From NCBI RefSeq assembly GCF_009914755.1, contig NC_060947.1: a stretch of 64,000 nucleotides of DNA. One strand, written 5' to 3'. Below are positions 15,716-28,326 of this stretch, piece after piece; within the stretch, counting starts at the first letter, position 1, and every line of letters begins with the position of its first letter. The notes under the pieces are model-generated. The model did not search any database. It was not told the DNA's origin and worked only from the letters and a program-made list of their open reading frames with translations. The translations under genes and the position numbers were made by a program. The stretch comes from the human T2T-CHM13v2.0 reference genome, Homo sapiens.

Positions 15716-17192
15716 ATCCTAACACTCAAAGGCTTTGTGATATGAAGTGTTCAGTGATTAATGTGTTTGATAAGGTTGAAGATTTGGGGTGCATCATTTC
15801 ATATCAACTATAGTAGGTGGACCCTGTCAGGAGACCAGGGAAGAGATGATTAGAAAACCCAGATGAAAGAAACTAGGACCTTTATCAGGAACTAAAGGTG
15901 AAACTATACATTTAGATGGTGTAAATGCCTTAGGGGACCTGAAAAATGGCAAGCATTTAAGGTGAAAGGTAAATAGGTGAGTAGCCCCAATTGAATGTAT
16001 AATATTAATGAAAGTCACATTTAAAGATGTTTAGACATAAAGCAAATGGTCTTGTTATTTAGCGGGACTTAAAAGGTAAATCAGTAAGTGGAGAAAATCT
16101 CATCTACAATGGGAAAATATAATTGAGCTTAGACTGGATATAAAAGGGCAGAAGTGGAGAGCTAGATCTATGTGTATTTATCCAGGGTTTGTTATGAGCC
16201 CAGAGAAAATGTAGGAAAAGAAATTCAACAACTGAAAAAGCAAAAAATTAAATGAATCTGAACAAAGAAAGCTGCTTATATTAGATATATTTTCTGGAAA
16301 AAGATATAGGTGTCCTGTCTTAGCAAAATAGGAACTAGAACAAATGCCACCATCTTTCAAAATTTAATATTTTCTTGCTACAATTTATGTTTATGATTTA
16401 TACTTATGGATATGATACTCTATTAAGAGGCATCTTGTGTGAAACAATTATCATATACATTGCAAAATAGAATATGTATAAATGTTTCCGTGTATATGTG
16501 TAGATGGGTTTGTGTGTATGTGAGAGAGAGCAAAGAGGGGGAGGGAGAGAGAGGGAGGAGAGGAGAAGGGAGAGAGAGAGGCAGCAATTTCTAAGTATTT
16601 CTAAACATAGGAGGGTTATAAGATTATATTCATGGAAAAAAGACATGTTCCAGTTCAAGCTGTATGCATTTATACAGTGGACTACTAGTATGATGAAGCT
16701 GGAGAACAAGTCAAAACACTGGAGTGGAAGCAGAATAATCACACACAAGACAGGTGAAATATTCCAGAGTCACCTTGAAATAAATATAAAATTGATGTTG
16801 GCAGCCTGACAGTGACAGGAGTCAAGAAATGATGCTGCTGTGAAATCACAAAAGATGCAATTGATATTTTAATCTCAAATACCACGTCTGAGGAGAAAGC
16901 CTGAAACTAGGAATTGTTTGTAAAAGTGTATCTGTTGATAGATTTCTGATTTTGCTGCTTTTCATTTTTATCCTCTTATGGAGAATAATAATAAAAGTAG
17001 TCACATTTTTAGTTTATATTGCTCTTTAATTTTTTTCTTAAAATGAATTTGAATTTTTTTAAGACAAGAACATAATATGCTCTGAAATCGTGTCATTAGA
17101 TTTAAAAAACATTATTGGAGATATTTTTCTTGTTAGACCACTGCTTTTCTTAAGTGAAGTTGACCTTTTGAGTTTTTAGTAACTAAGGTATT

Positions 17193-17234
17193 TGTGTGTG
17201 TGTGTGTGTGCGTGTGTGTGTGTGTGTGTGTGTG
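17193..17234. repeat. (TG)n microsatellite with one CG interruption
   Basis: Read directly. Confidence 0.97.
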
Positions 17235-17527
17235 AAATTCATTATATTTGTTCTTCTAAAACTATTTTCTTCAGTTCTAGGTTTCCTAGTTTGGAGCAGA
17301 ATTCTATATTTTTCTTGTTTTATGCCCTAGGAAGGGCATAAAATTATTTTGAATATTTTTTTCCCTCTTCTTCCTGACCCATGTAATCGCCTAGCTGAAT
17401 CAGGCCTCCCCAGAAACTGATTCATGGTCGTTGAAGTATCTCATATGACCCCCATCCCACCTAGTCCGATATTAACCCTATAAAATGTCTCAAATAAACT
17501 CTTATTTTCGTGGCCTCTAATCTCCTT

Positions 17528-18273
17528 AATTTTTTAATTTTAGATTCAGGGTGTACATGTACAGGTTTGTTACATGGGCATATTGCATGATACTGAAGTT
17601 TGGGCTTCTAATGATCCTGTTGCCGAAGTCCTGAACATAGTACACAAATAGGCAGTTTTCTAACTTTTGCTTCACTCCTGTCTTTCCCCCTTTTGGAATC
17701 CCCAGTGCTTATTGTTCCCCTCTTTGTATTCATGCGTACCCAGTGCTTAGCTCCCACTTTTAAGTGAGAACATGTGGTAATTGGTTTTCTATTCCTGCAT
17801 TAATTCGCTTAGGTGATGGCCCCCAGCTGCATCCGTGTTGCTGCAAAGGACATGATTTTGTTATTTTTTTATGGCAATGTAGTATTCCATGGTGTATATG
17901 TACCACAGTTTCTTTATCCAGTCCACTGTTGATGGGCACCTGGGTTGATTCCATATCTGCTATCACGAACAGTGCTGCAATAAACATATGAGTGCAGGTG
18001 TATTTTTGCTAGAAGAATTTATTTTCCTTTGGGTATATACCCAGTAATGAGATTGCTGGGTTGAATAGTAGTTTTGTTTTTGGTTAACTGAGAAATCTCC
18101 AAAATGTTTTCACATCAGCTAAACTAATTTCCATTCCCACCAACAGCGTATAAGCATTCCCTTTTCTCTGAAACCTCGCCAACATTTGTTATTTTTTGAC
18201 TTTTTAATAATAGACATTCTGACTGGTGTGAGATGGTATCTTGTTGTGGTTTTGATTTGCATCTGTCTGATTA
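17528..18273 (-). mobile_element. 5'-truncated older L1P (about L1PA15/16)
   Basis: Reverse of the L1 3'UTR and ORF2 end. 12-bp TSD TCTAATCTCCTT at 17516-17527 and 18274-18285. Confidence 0.9.
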
Positions 18274-18780
18274 TCTAATCTCCTTTAAAAGCTTCCTACA
18301 TCTTCCTGAAAATATATATTGCTTGATAAATTAATTTATTTATTTTTCCCTTCCCTTTTTCACAAAGGATTGCTGGCTGCTTATACTAAAACCACATATT
18401 ATTAAATAAACAACAACAATGTAAAGGACACAAATGATGCAAATTAATCATATAAAAGGGACAACAATTTTGCTGTGACTATTTTTCTTACTGTCATTTG
18501 AGCTTCCTAGCAGGGAATATAAAAGGCAAGACACAGTCTCCAATGCAGGACTCAACATAAGATAGGAAGATATGTTAATTGCTGATTTCATTAAATTTTA
18601 TCCAGCCGGTTCATTCTAATGCCTCTGTTTTTTCAACTGTGCAATGAAGATCATGCCTACCTTGTAGAGCTACTATAAGTAGTCTGATAGTTCAGTGACA
18701 CATATTTCAGTGTGCTCATCACATTTATCCAAGGGTAGCTTCCGAGATCACCGTCAGTTTCACAGGACCTTATCTATATA

Positions 18781-18980
18781 AATGATGATGATGATGGTGG
18801 TGATGATAATTATGGTGATTACAGTTAGCACTTATTGGTAACTTGTAACTGGGAAGTATGGTAAGTATTTTCTTGGCTTACCTCATTTAATCCTGAAAAC
18901 AGCTCTATACAGTGGGTACTTTTAAAATGTGCATTTTGCATTGAGGAGACCTTAGGCTGAGTGACTTGATGTCCACACAT
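18781..18980 (-). mobile_element. MIR with (GAT)n-like tail
   Basis: gatgatgat... then cctcatttaatcctgaaaacagctctat...cattttgcattgaggagac. Confidence 0.6.
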
Positions 18981-21900
18981 ATAATATGAATCTGCTATAT
19001 GTTTATATATATAGCATTTGAATTTGTGTATTTGAATTTGTAATGATAAATATGGGAGAATTACCCTGTTTTCTTACCTCCTCTCACTACTGCAACTTAT
19101 TAATTGGACGAAATATGAAAGTAATAAATTCAGAAGAGACAGAGAGCATTTTTCAATGTTCATTATTTCAGTAAAATATAAACAGCTCACAGAGATATTT
19201 GAAAAATAGTGAGCCAAACACATTCATTTCATTTTTCCTTGTTCTTCTTTTAGAATAACAAGCCTAGTATGTCTCTGAAACTTTTTGCAATCTATCCGGT
19301 TATAATGTTAGCACCAATGTAGCCATAAGTAATTTTTTTTTGCCAAGTTTGCCCTAATGCATTATATCATTTGAGTGCATGGGAAGATATTAGCGCCATT
19401 AAAAATATTAGTAAAACTGATTTCAGTTCAACAACCTGTACATTGAAGTTGTTGCATTTATCTATTTACATCTCTCTGTTCTGTACAAAAGCAGCAACTT
19501 AAACGATGTAGATAAATAATAGTGACATTTTATCTCCCTTTCTAAAGTTGAATTCCAGAAGGTAGGAAAGATCCTTTCATGCTTACATTACCATGACAAA
19601 CTGAAAGAGATAAATCCCTAACGGATGGGATGAGATGTGGGAGTTAGAGGATTAATGCTTAGATGCTTCCTCCAATTTATTTCTCCTATTATATGTGTTA
19701 AAAATATATACCATATGTCATGCAGCATGTTTTAATCCCATCAAAATGTCTCACACAATTCCTTAGGGGATATGCTTTTTGCTGCCAAGTTTTCACCGCT
19801 GGAATGCTGACTTACTATTCCTTTGCAGAGAGCTTCATGGTTTATTTTATGATAACATGTTGTTATAACTTCTCTGGCTGTAATTTTTATAAGGAGAATT
19901 AGTCCCGGGGGAATTTATTTTGAGAGTCATATGCTTAATGGTGACAGAAAAGGAGAGAAATATTTCCAAAAAGCAATGTATCCTTCAGTTGTTTTAATAG
20001 AACAGAAATTCCTTTGACAACATTTGTGAAAGCCTTTATTATACCCAGCATTTAAATTCAGTCCTTGAAATGGGGTTTTCCCGGATCATTTGAAGGTCAA
20101 TTTTGGAATAGTTCTTGTGTCCTATGACACCTTTCAATGATAGCACTTTACAGAGAGGAACAAATTTAAGGCAAAAAGTCTCTTTTAGTGATACTAAGTA
20201 TACATGACTTATAGCAGGTGACAAAAAAGCTGCATATAATTGCCCTAGGGAGAATTTTCTTTGTGCCACGTTGTCGCTTTAAAAAAAAATGCATGTAGCA
20301 AAATTTCACATGTACCCCATAAATATATACAAATATAACATATCGAACAATTTAAAAAATATTGAATAACAATGTGAGCGATTAGGTAAAGAGGACAACT
20401 TGAACTAATTTTCACGTCACAAAAAAACAAGGTTAAAACTTTACACCAGGAATTAACAACATGTTACCTTCGGGTTCCTCTGTGTGATGTTTTAGTTTGA
20501 AATCTCAGTATCCTTAAAGTTACCATTTGTTTTATACGACATTGTTCAGCTAACTCATGTAGGCTAGGGCCCACTCTGGCCCCCAGGTATATGATTTTCA
20601 CCAATCAGGGATCACTACAAGATTTACTTAAGTACTCAAATATAATAAAGCCAAAGTTATTATTTAGTTTTTTTTTTTTAGAAATTAAGTTGCTCCGAAA
20701 TGTATGCACCCTGTTTCCAATCAAGCCTTCTAATTGTAATAACATTCCCCCACAGAGGCTCTGTTAGCATTTATGGGCTATATTAAGAAGAAAAAATACA
20801 CACACATGAGCACAATTCCAGAGATGCCCTTTGGGTTTTGCTTTCCTTATTGGAAGATATAACCTAAATGGATGTCAGGTGTGCAAATAGACTATATTTT
20901 TTTTGTTCCATAAAATCTGCTGGGCATGGTTCAAATGCTGTCTTTTAAGCCCTTTGATGGTACTTAATAAATGCAGGGATGCAAACTGAGGAGTTACTTG
21001 ACACATCATCATGCCATTGGCAGTATATTGATGGTAAATATGAAATAATTTGTTTCTCCCCTCCCCAACTCTAACCTCATAAGTTTCACACATATCAGAC
21101 CTTAGCTTCTCTTTGTCAGACTCAAATTGGATTTCCTTTTCTATCATCTCTAGGCTCAGACTTCGATGACCCTAATTTGGCAGCTCTTCAAGGGGTTTAT
21201 GGTGTAAGCCTTTTCTATTTCTAACAAAAAACACAGCTCAAATCCTCTTCACATTAGTGAATACTGTTTGAAGTTTCATTTTCCAAAAGATACCATACTT
21301 TCTTAACTCAATTTTTAAAATTATTTTTACTTTTTCTGTACTGAATAGTTAGTACATTTTAATTTTGAGTGAAAAAAAGTTGGTTTGAATAGAAAGTATG
21401 CATTAAAATTCTCCATAACTGGATTTCGTAGTCAAATCTAGGACAGAAATAATATAAACTATTTTATATACTATTAAATAAATGGGATATTTATTTAAGC
21501 AACTGTTATTTATAATTTAGGTGCTACTTCTACATTTAGGGATTTAGTATATACTCCTGTTGGCCAGATTTTAACAGAGTTCAAATTTCTTAAATGGTGT
21601 TCTCTTTAGCTTAAATAACTATATGTCACAAAAATCTGAAAAAAACATATAAGATTAATCATGATTTTAAAATTTAATTGATGCTGGATAAATGTAATTA
21701 GAAACAAAATTTCAAAGTTGTATTACTACTAGAAATTCTCATCTGATCTATATATTAAAATATAGTCAAATATTTAAGGTTGCCTACATTACAGTGGGAA
21801 AAGGTAAATTGAAGTTGCAGCTTCTTATGACATATAACCTATACATGGTATCATGGGTCATTTTGCTTGTTTCATTTCCCATTAGAGGAATTTTAATGAA

Positions 21901-22346
21901 GGAGGCCAGTAAAATGTTGATTAATAAGTGTTGATGTGAAATACACTTACTGGGCCATATAAAAGTGGCAAGCTTATGTAGACTACCCCCCACCATTATT
22001 ATATTTTTTAATTCTATGAGTATGGAACTCCAGAAGACTGGAAACCATAGCTTTTATCTTTTTCCCATGAGAGTTATTTATCCAGCATTTTCTTCAATAA
22101 TTCTACAAGATATAACTAGAGACATAGATCCTATTAGTTTGGTAAACAGTTATAATTATTACAGTAGCCTTCCTTATTTTTCACCTCTTTGTCCCAATTC
22201 ATTCTTATTAAGATTTAAATGTTGGGGATAATTTATTTTACCAAATGTTATAGAAGACAGAGAAATTAAAAGCAAATGGCTAAAGCCGACATAAGGTTTC
22301 AAGAGCTAACTGAGGATAAAACTCTAATCGTGCAGACTTTAGTTGC

Positions 22347-22702
22347 TGTATTAGTCTGTTCTCATGGTGCTAATAAAGACATACCCAAGACAGAGTAATT
22401 TATAAAGGAAAGAAGTTTAACGGACTCGCAGTTCCACATGGCTAGGGAGGCCTCACAATCATGGCAGAAGGCAAATGAGGAGCAAAGTCATGTCTTACAT
22501 GGCAGCACACAAAACAGCTTGTGCTGGGAAACGCCCATTTATAAAACCATCAGATCTCCTGAGACTTATTCACTACCATGAAAACAGTATGAGGGAAACC
22601 GCCCCTATGATTCAATTATCTCCACCTGGCCCCGCCCTTGACACATGGGGATTATTACAATTCAAGGTGAGATTTGAGTGGGGACACAGTCAAACCACAC
22701 CA
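22347..22702 (-). mobile_element. THE1 (THE1C-like) solo LTR, ERVL-MaLR
   Basis: tgtattagtctgttctcatg..gctaataaagacatacc...ctccacctggccccgcccttgacac..ggggacacagtcaaaccac; about 356 bp. Confidence 0.92.
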
Positions 22703-22944
22703 ATCACGTCGGTAAGGGTGAGTCAAATGGCTAGTGTTCCCTCAAAAGTGAGTGTGCTGCAAGAGGGTATATGTGATATATGTATGTGTGCATAAGCACA
22801 ATCACAAGATTAATGGATTTTAATAAAAGATGAAAAAGTATTACCCAGAATACTCTATCACCCCAGTTTGCTTGATTGATCAATTGGCTTCCGGTATCAT
22901 AACTTGCATTCTCATCCCACTTATATAGTTAATTTTTATATTTG

Positions 22945-23108
22945 TAATAAAATGTATAGACAGTAAAAATAATATAGTAAATATATATATTATATATAAT
23001 AAATATAGTATAACTGAACGAATAAAATAATAAAATGTATAGACAGTAAAAATAATATAGTCAATATATATTATATATAATAAATATAGTATAACTGAAT
23101 AAATAAAA
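22945..23108. repeat. AT-rich tandem duplication, 83 + 81 bp units
   Basis: taataaaatgtatagacagtaaaaataatatagt... starts at both 22945 and 23028. Confidence 0.93.
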
Positions 23109-23479
23109 TAATATTTTTATTTCCTTGCTTTTATAGATATTATCTCCAAGAAAATCATAGGGGAAAACTTTAAACTGTTATTGTTGGTCAGTCACTTAAT
23201 CATTAAAGTACCCTAAACTTTTTTTCCAACTTGAAGTCGACTTTCCTAGGTATGATTTTAATGGCTGCAACACATGCCACTGCATGATTCTCCATTGTTG
23301 CCTTTCAGATTGCTGTGATTTTTTTTAAAACTACAACCAGGTACATGCAGATAATGTCTTCAATGTTATCTGATAAATAAGATAATTTGTAGGCAAAAAA
23401 TAATAATAACCCTTCAGGCTCTTTATAAATGTTTTTAATCTAAGTTTCCAAGAGACCTGGAATCAATTCCATGCCTTAG

Positions 23480-24335
23480 GCTAAATTCTTAATCTTCCTT
23501 GGAGACATGTTCTTCCTCCAGACCTCCTCAATTTAGTGAGTGGTACCAAAACCCACCCTCTTGCTCAACTCAAAAACCTGGCTGCCTCTTTCTCCCTCTC
23601 CCTTACCCCTGCTTTTTGCCGTTATACGCTATCATGTTTCTTTCCTTCTACTTCCTTGCAGTGGTTTCCATCACATTTAGAATAAAATCCACCTTTTTAA
23701 AAAAATATAATCTACATGCTGCCCACCCCTCTAACAGATCACTAACTCCCAGGCACACGGAGCAGACAGACTCTCCTGTACATGCTGTTCATCTGTTTGG
23801 AATGTTCTTCTCGCACTTGCCATGTCTGGTTTCTTTTTGTTCTTCAGGGGTCAATTTTAATGTTCCATTTGCACAGAGGCCTTCCTAGATGACCTCAATC
23901 TGAAGTGGCTATCCTTCGCTTGCATAATACCTTTCCTTTCTTTGGTGCCTTTTTGCAATGTATAATATTATTTAATATGTTTGTTGGCTTACTTGTTTAA
24001 ATATCTCTCTTTACAACTAGATATACTCATGAAGGTTGCTACCATGTCTGTTTTGTTTACCAGCATATATGCCATGCTAATCATGTTGCCTGACACATTG
24101 GGTTATAGTGGATTGGACTGCTTGGGTTTTTGTCCTGGCTCTGAAATGTATTAACTGCTGTCCTTGAGTACAAATGTAAGATGGGCATAATGATAATACC
24201 TACCGTGAATAAACCAAATTATTCATATACAGTTATTAGCATAGTGCTTGGCACAATATACATTCTCAATACATTGTAGTTACTATTATTTTGTTCTAGT
24301 AGGCATTCTTGAAATATTTTTTGAAAGAGTGAAAT
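23480..24335 (+). mobile_element. L2 3' region with a MIR (about 24100-24290) inserted near its end
   Basis: L2 motifs (catgtctgttttgtttacc..gcctgacaca ... agtaggcattcttgaaatattttttgaa) are split by a MIR (agtgcttggcacaatatacattctcaatacattgtagttactattatt). Confidence 0.6.
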
Positions 24336-24345
24336 AATGAGTTTA

Positions 24346-24747
<402 letters not shown>

Positions 24748-25899
24748 GTTGCTAATATGCTAAAAATAAGAATAATGCTCATGTTTTTACTTCCATACAA
24801 TTGATTGTTAGAGGTGAAACCTTTTCCCATCTGCACAAATTTCTGGAAGACAATAAATGTTTCTTCTTCTTTCATTAATATTTTAACTGTGGAGGTATCT
24901 GTTTCAAAATGTAAAATCCAATAGGTAATCAGTGAGGAATATAACCTAGATTAACTTTTTTTTTTCAAAATAACCAAAGCACACTCAGTTTAAGTTTCAT
25001 GTTAAAGTGAGCCAAATGCCAGTTACCAAAATATTGGATGGCTATGTATATAATCCTTTGCTGATGAGTAATTTAGCATCAATTTAGAGATGTTATTTTT
25101 TTTCTACCAGATGCTCGAAAGCATTAAGGCAAGATTAGAAGTCATTGTCCCTTCTTCTGTTATCAGTGGTCCCACAATATTTGTTTATATCACCATTAGA
25201 AACAAATTGTACTGTATTATAGTTATTTTTTTGTTTGTCCCTCCTATTAGAGAGTGAGTTCACTAAGGGCAGACATTATGTTTTATACTTTATTGATGTG
25301 GAAAGCAGGCAGTAAAGAAAGAATGAAGGACTGATTATTGGACATTTGTTATTAATGATCTTAGCTTATTATTTTCCTCCAAATGAAAATGTTTTAGTGA
25401 ACATAAACTGGGAAAACAGCAGGAGCAATTCAGTTAATACTCAGTTACCTTGAAGAGGTTGAAGCAGAAAGTGTTTGTGTCAGTTGTTTTAACATAATTG
25501 CCAGTAAAGATACTGAAAGTATTCCCTCATGATAATGAGAAAAATCCAGAACACAAGGCTTGATTACTCCTACAATATTTGCCTGCTTTGACTCTGACTG
25601 TGCTTAAGTATATCCAGGCATGCTGTGCAAAGTACAGAACTGAAATAAAATAATCCCTAGTCCAATCATAGGCTTACGTTACTAGGATAAGTCAAGTTTG
25701 TGGTTTCACCTGAAGTAAGAAAGCATTAAGTCTTCTTATCACACCCAATCATCCATATTAGGCTTGGGATAGAAAAGGCACTAGAGACAGTAGGGATAAG
25801 ATTTAGTCCAGGGAGTAAGTACTTGGTTTCATTAAAACTACCCTAGAATTGGCTCACCAGTATTAATTAAGTCCTTTTTATTTGTAATCTCATTCATCA

Positions 25900-25939
25900 T
25901 TCTCTCTCTCTCTCTTTCTCTCTCTCTCTCCCCCCCCCC
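25900..25939. repeat. (TC)n followed by a C-run
   Basis: Read directly. Confidence 0.9.
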
Positions 25940-26466
25940 GCTCTCATAGAGCAATGTTAAACAATGTACACTTCTTTTTTTAAAGTTATAGATTTCTAAA
26001 TTTAAAATGTTCTGATATAGTCTAGCTCTCCAATTAGGGAGAAGTAGAAACATATGCTGCTCAGCTTTTCTAAAATCTTTTAAAGTAATCAATTAGCATA
26101 TGGGCTAAGTTCACTTTAGATGGATACACACATGCACTATATATATATATTTTCTTTAGACATGTTAAGGCAGTGGATAAAATTTCCTTTTGCAATCCTT
26201 TGCTCATGGTATATTAATGCTGATAGTATTTTATGCTATTTTGTGTTGATGCTCTCAGCACAAATTGGCCCCAAAATATTCTGTATTCAAAAGCATGTAT
26301 TTTTTTCCTAAGCGTACTATGATTTTAATAGAAGCAGAAATGAGTGTTTCCTTCTTTTGTGAATTTTTGGGAGGGCATGCTTCCCTGCAGTCTCTGGAGT
26401 GTGTGTTGACATTTTTTGTGCCATGATTTCCCATAAGTAACACACTCTTTTGATAGTGAAGCAGTG

Positions 26467-26576
26467 AGGGAAAGTTGCTAAGTTCCATCTGTAAGAAAGC
26501 ATTATCAGAAGTGGAAGAAGGGAAATTTACTAAGTTCCATCTGTAAGAAAGCATTATCAGAAGTGGAAGAAGGGAA
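26467..26576. repeat. 52-bp tandem duplication (about 2.1 copies)
   Basis: ctaagttccatctgtaagaaagcattatcagaagtggaagaagggaa is identical at 26478-26524 and 26530-26576. Confidence 0.96.
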
Positions 26577-26983
26577 GTGACAAGAAAAGATTCAAAGTTG
26601 TTTTGTTTTAGCTCCAGTAGATGCTTTATAACACACTCCTAAAAAGAGTGTGAATATAATATAGTTAATATAAAATTTATTTTATATAAATAATTTATAA
26701 TCTTCAAATATAAATTTGTTTTTACTATATAAGCAATGTAACATTGACCTAAAAATTGAATTGAAAAAATATAAACTTTCTTCTCAGAAACTGGGTTCTC
26801 AATTACTCTCTATGTACCTGTTTATAAAATACAAACCATCTAGATAATCATTGCACCACAATTTGTATCAAACTCTGTTTCTTAGCCATCCTAGAGTACA
26901 ATCAATATCATTGATCTTTTCGAAAAACCAGCTTTTGGTTTCATTAATTTTCTTTATTGTAGAGTTCTGTTTCTTTAATTTTT

Positions 26984-27296
<313 letters not shown>

Positions 27297-27318
27297 TAGA
27301 TAAGGATCTACCTTTAAC

Positions 27319-27398
27319 TTATGAATATAATATATAATATGAATTATGAATATTATGAATATAATATGAATTATGAATATTATGAATATAATATGAAT
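27319..27398. repeat. AT-rich minisatellite, 27-bp unit (about 2.4 copies) built from tatgaa subunits
   Basis: ataatatgaattatgaatattatgaat at 27334 and 27361, with a partial copy at 27388. Confidence 0.88.
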
Positions 27399-27526
27399 GG
27401 CATTGTTGTAGGGTGATAACTATTTTAATTCACCTTCTTGAAATAGATAACATTTGGCTTTTGGTTAGATTTTAGATTTATCTGTTAATGTTCAGAAAAA
27501 GATAAAAGATAAATCATGGAATCTTT

Positions 27527-28326
27527 TTTTTTATTTTTTTATTTTATTATTATTATACTTTAAGTTTTATGGTACATGTGCACAATGTGCAGGTTAGTTA
27601 CATATGTATACATGTGCCATGCTGGTGTGCTGCACCCATTAACTTGTCATTTAGCATTAGGTATATCTCCTAATGCTATCCCTCCCCCCTCCCCCCACCC
27701 CACAACAGTCCCCAGAGTGTGATGTTCCCCTTCCTGTGTCCACGTGTTCTCATTGTTCAATTCCCACCTATGAGTGAGAATATGCGGTGTTTGGTTTTTT
27801 GTTCTTGCGATAGTTTACTGAGAATGATGATTTCCAGTTTCATCCATGTCCCCACAAAGGACATGAACTCATCATTTTTTATGGCTGCACAGTATTCCAT
27901 GGTGTATATGTGCCACCATCCATGGTGTAAAAATGCTCACCATCACTGGCCATCAGAGAAATGCAAATCAAAACCACAATGAGATACTATCTCACACCAG
28001 TTAGAATGGCAGTCATTAAAAAGTCAGGAAACAACAGGTGCTGGAGAGGATGTGGAGAAATAGGAACACTTTTACACTGTTGGTGGGACTGTAAACTAGT
28101 TCAACCCTTGTGGAGGTCAGTGTGGCGATTCCTCAGGGATCTAGAACTAGAAATACCATTTGACCCAGCCATCCCATTACTGGGTATATACCCAAAGGAC
28201 TATAAATCATGCTGCTATAAAGACACATGCACACGTATATTTATTGCGGCACTATTCACAATAGCAAAGACTTGGAACCAACCCAAATGTCCAACAATGA
28301 TAGACTGGATTAAGAAAATATGGTGC
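27527..28326 (-). mobile_element. Young L1PA (about L1PA3) with 5' inversion (twin priming)
   Basis: Minus-strand 3' part at 27527-27916 and plus-strand inverted ORF2 part at about 27930-28323. 16-bp TSD AAATCATGGAATCTTT at 27511-27526 and 28327-28342. Confidence 0.95.

Noticed and set aside
26467-26576. Direct repeats as a CRISPR-like array
   Set aside because: Eukaryotic context, only two adjacent copies, no unique spacers and no cas genes; it is a plain tandem duplication.
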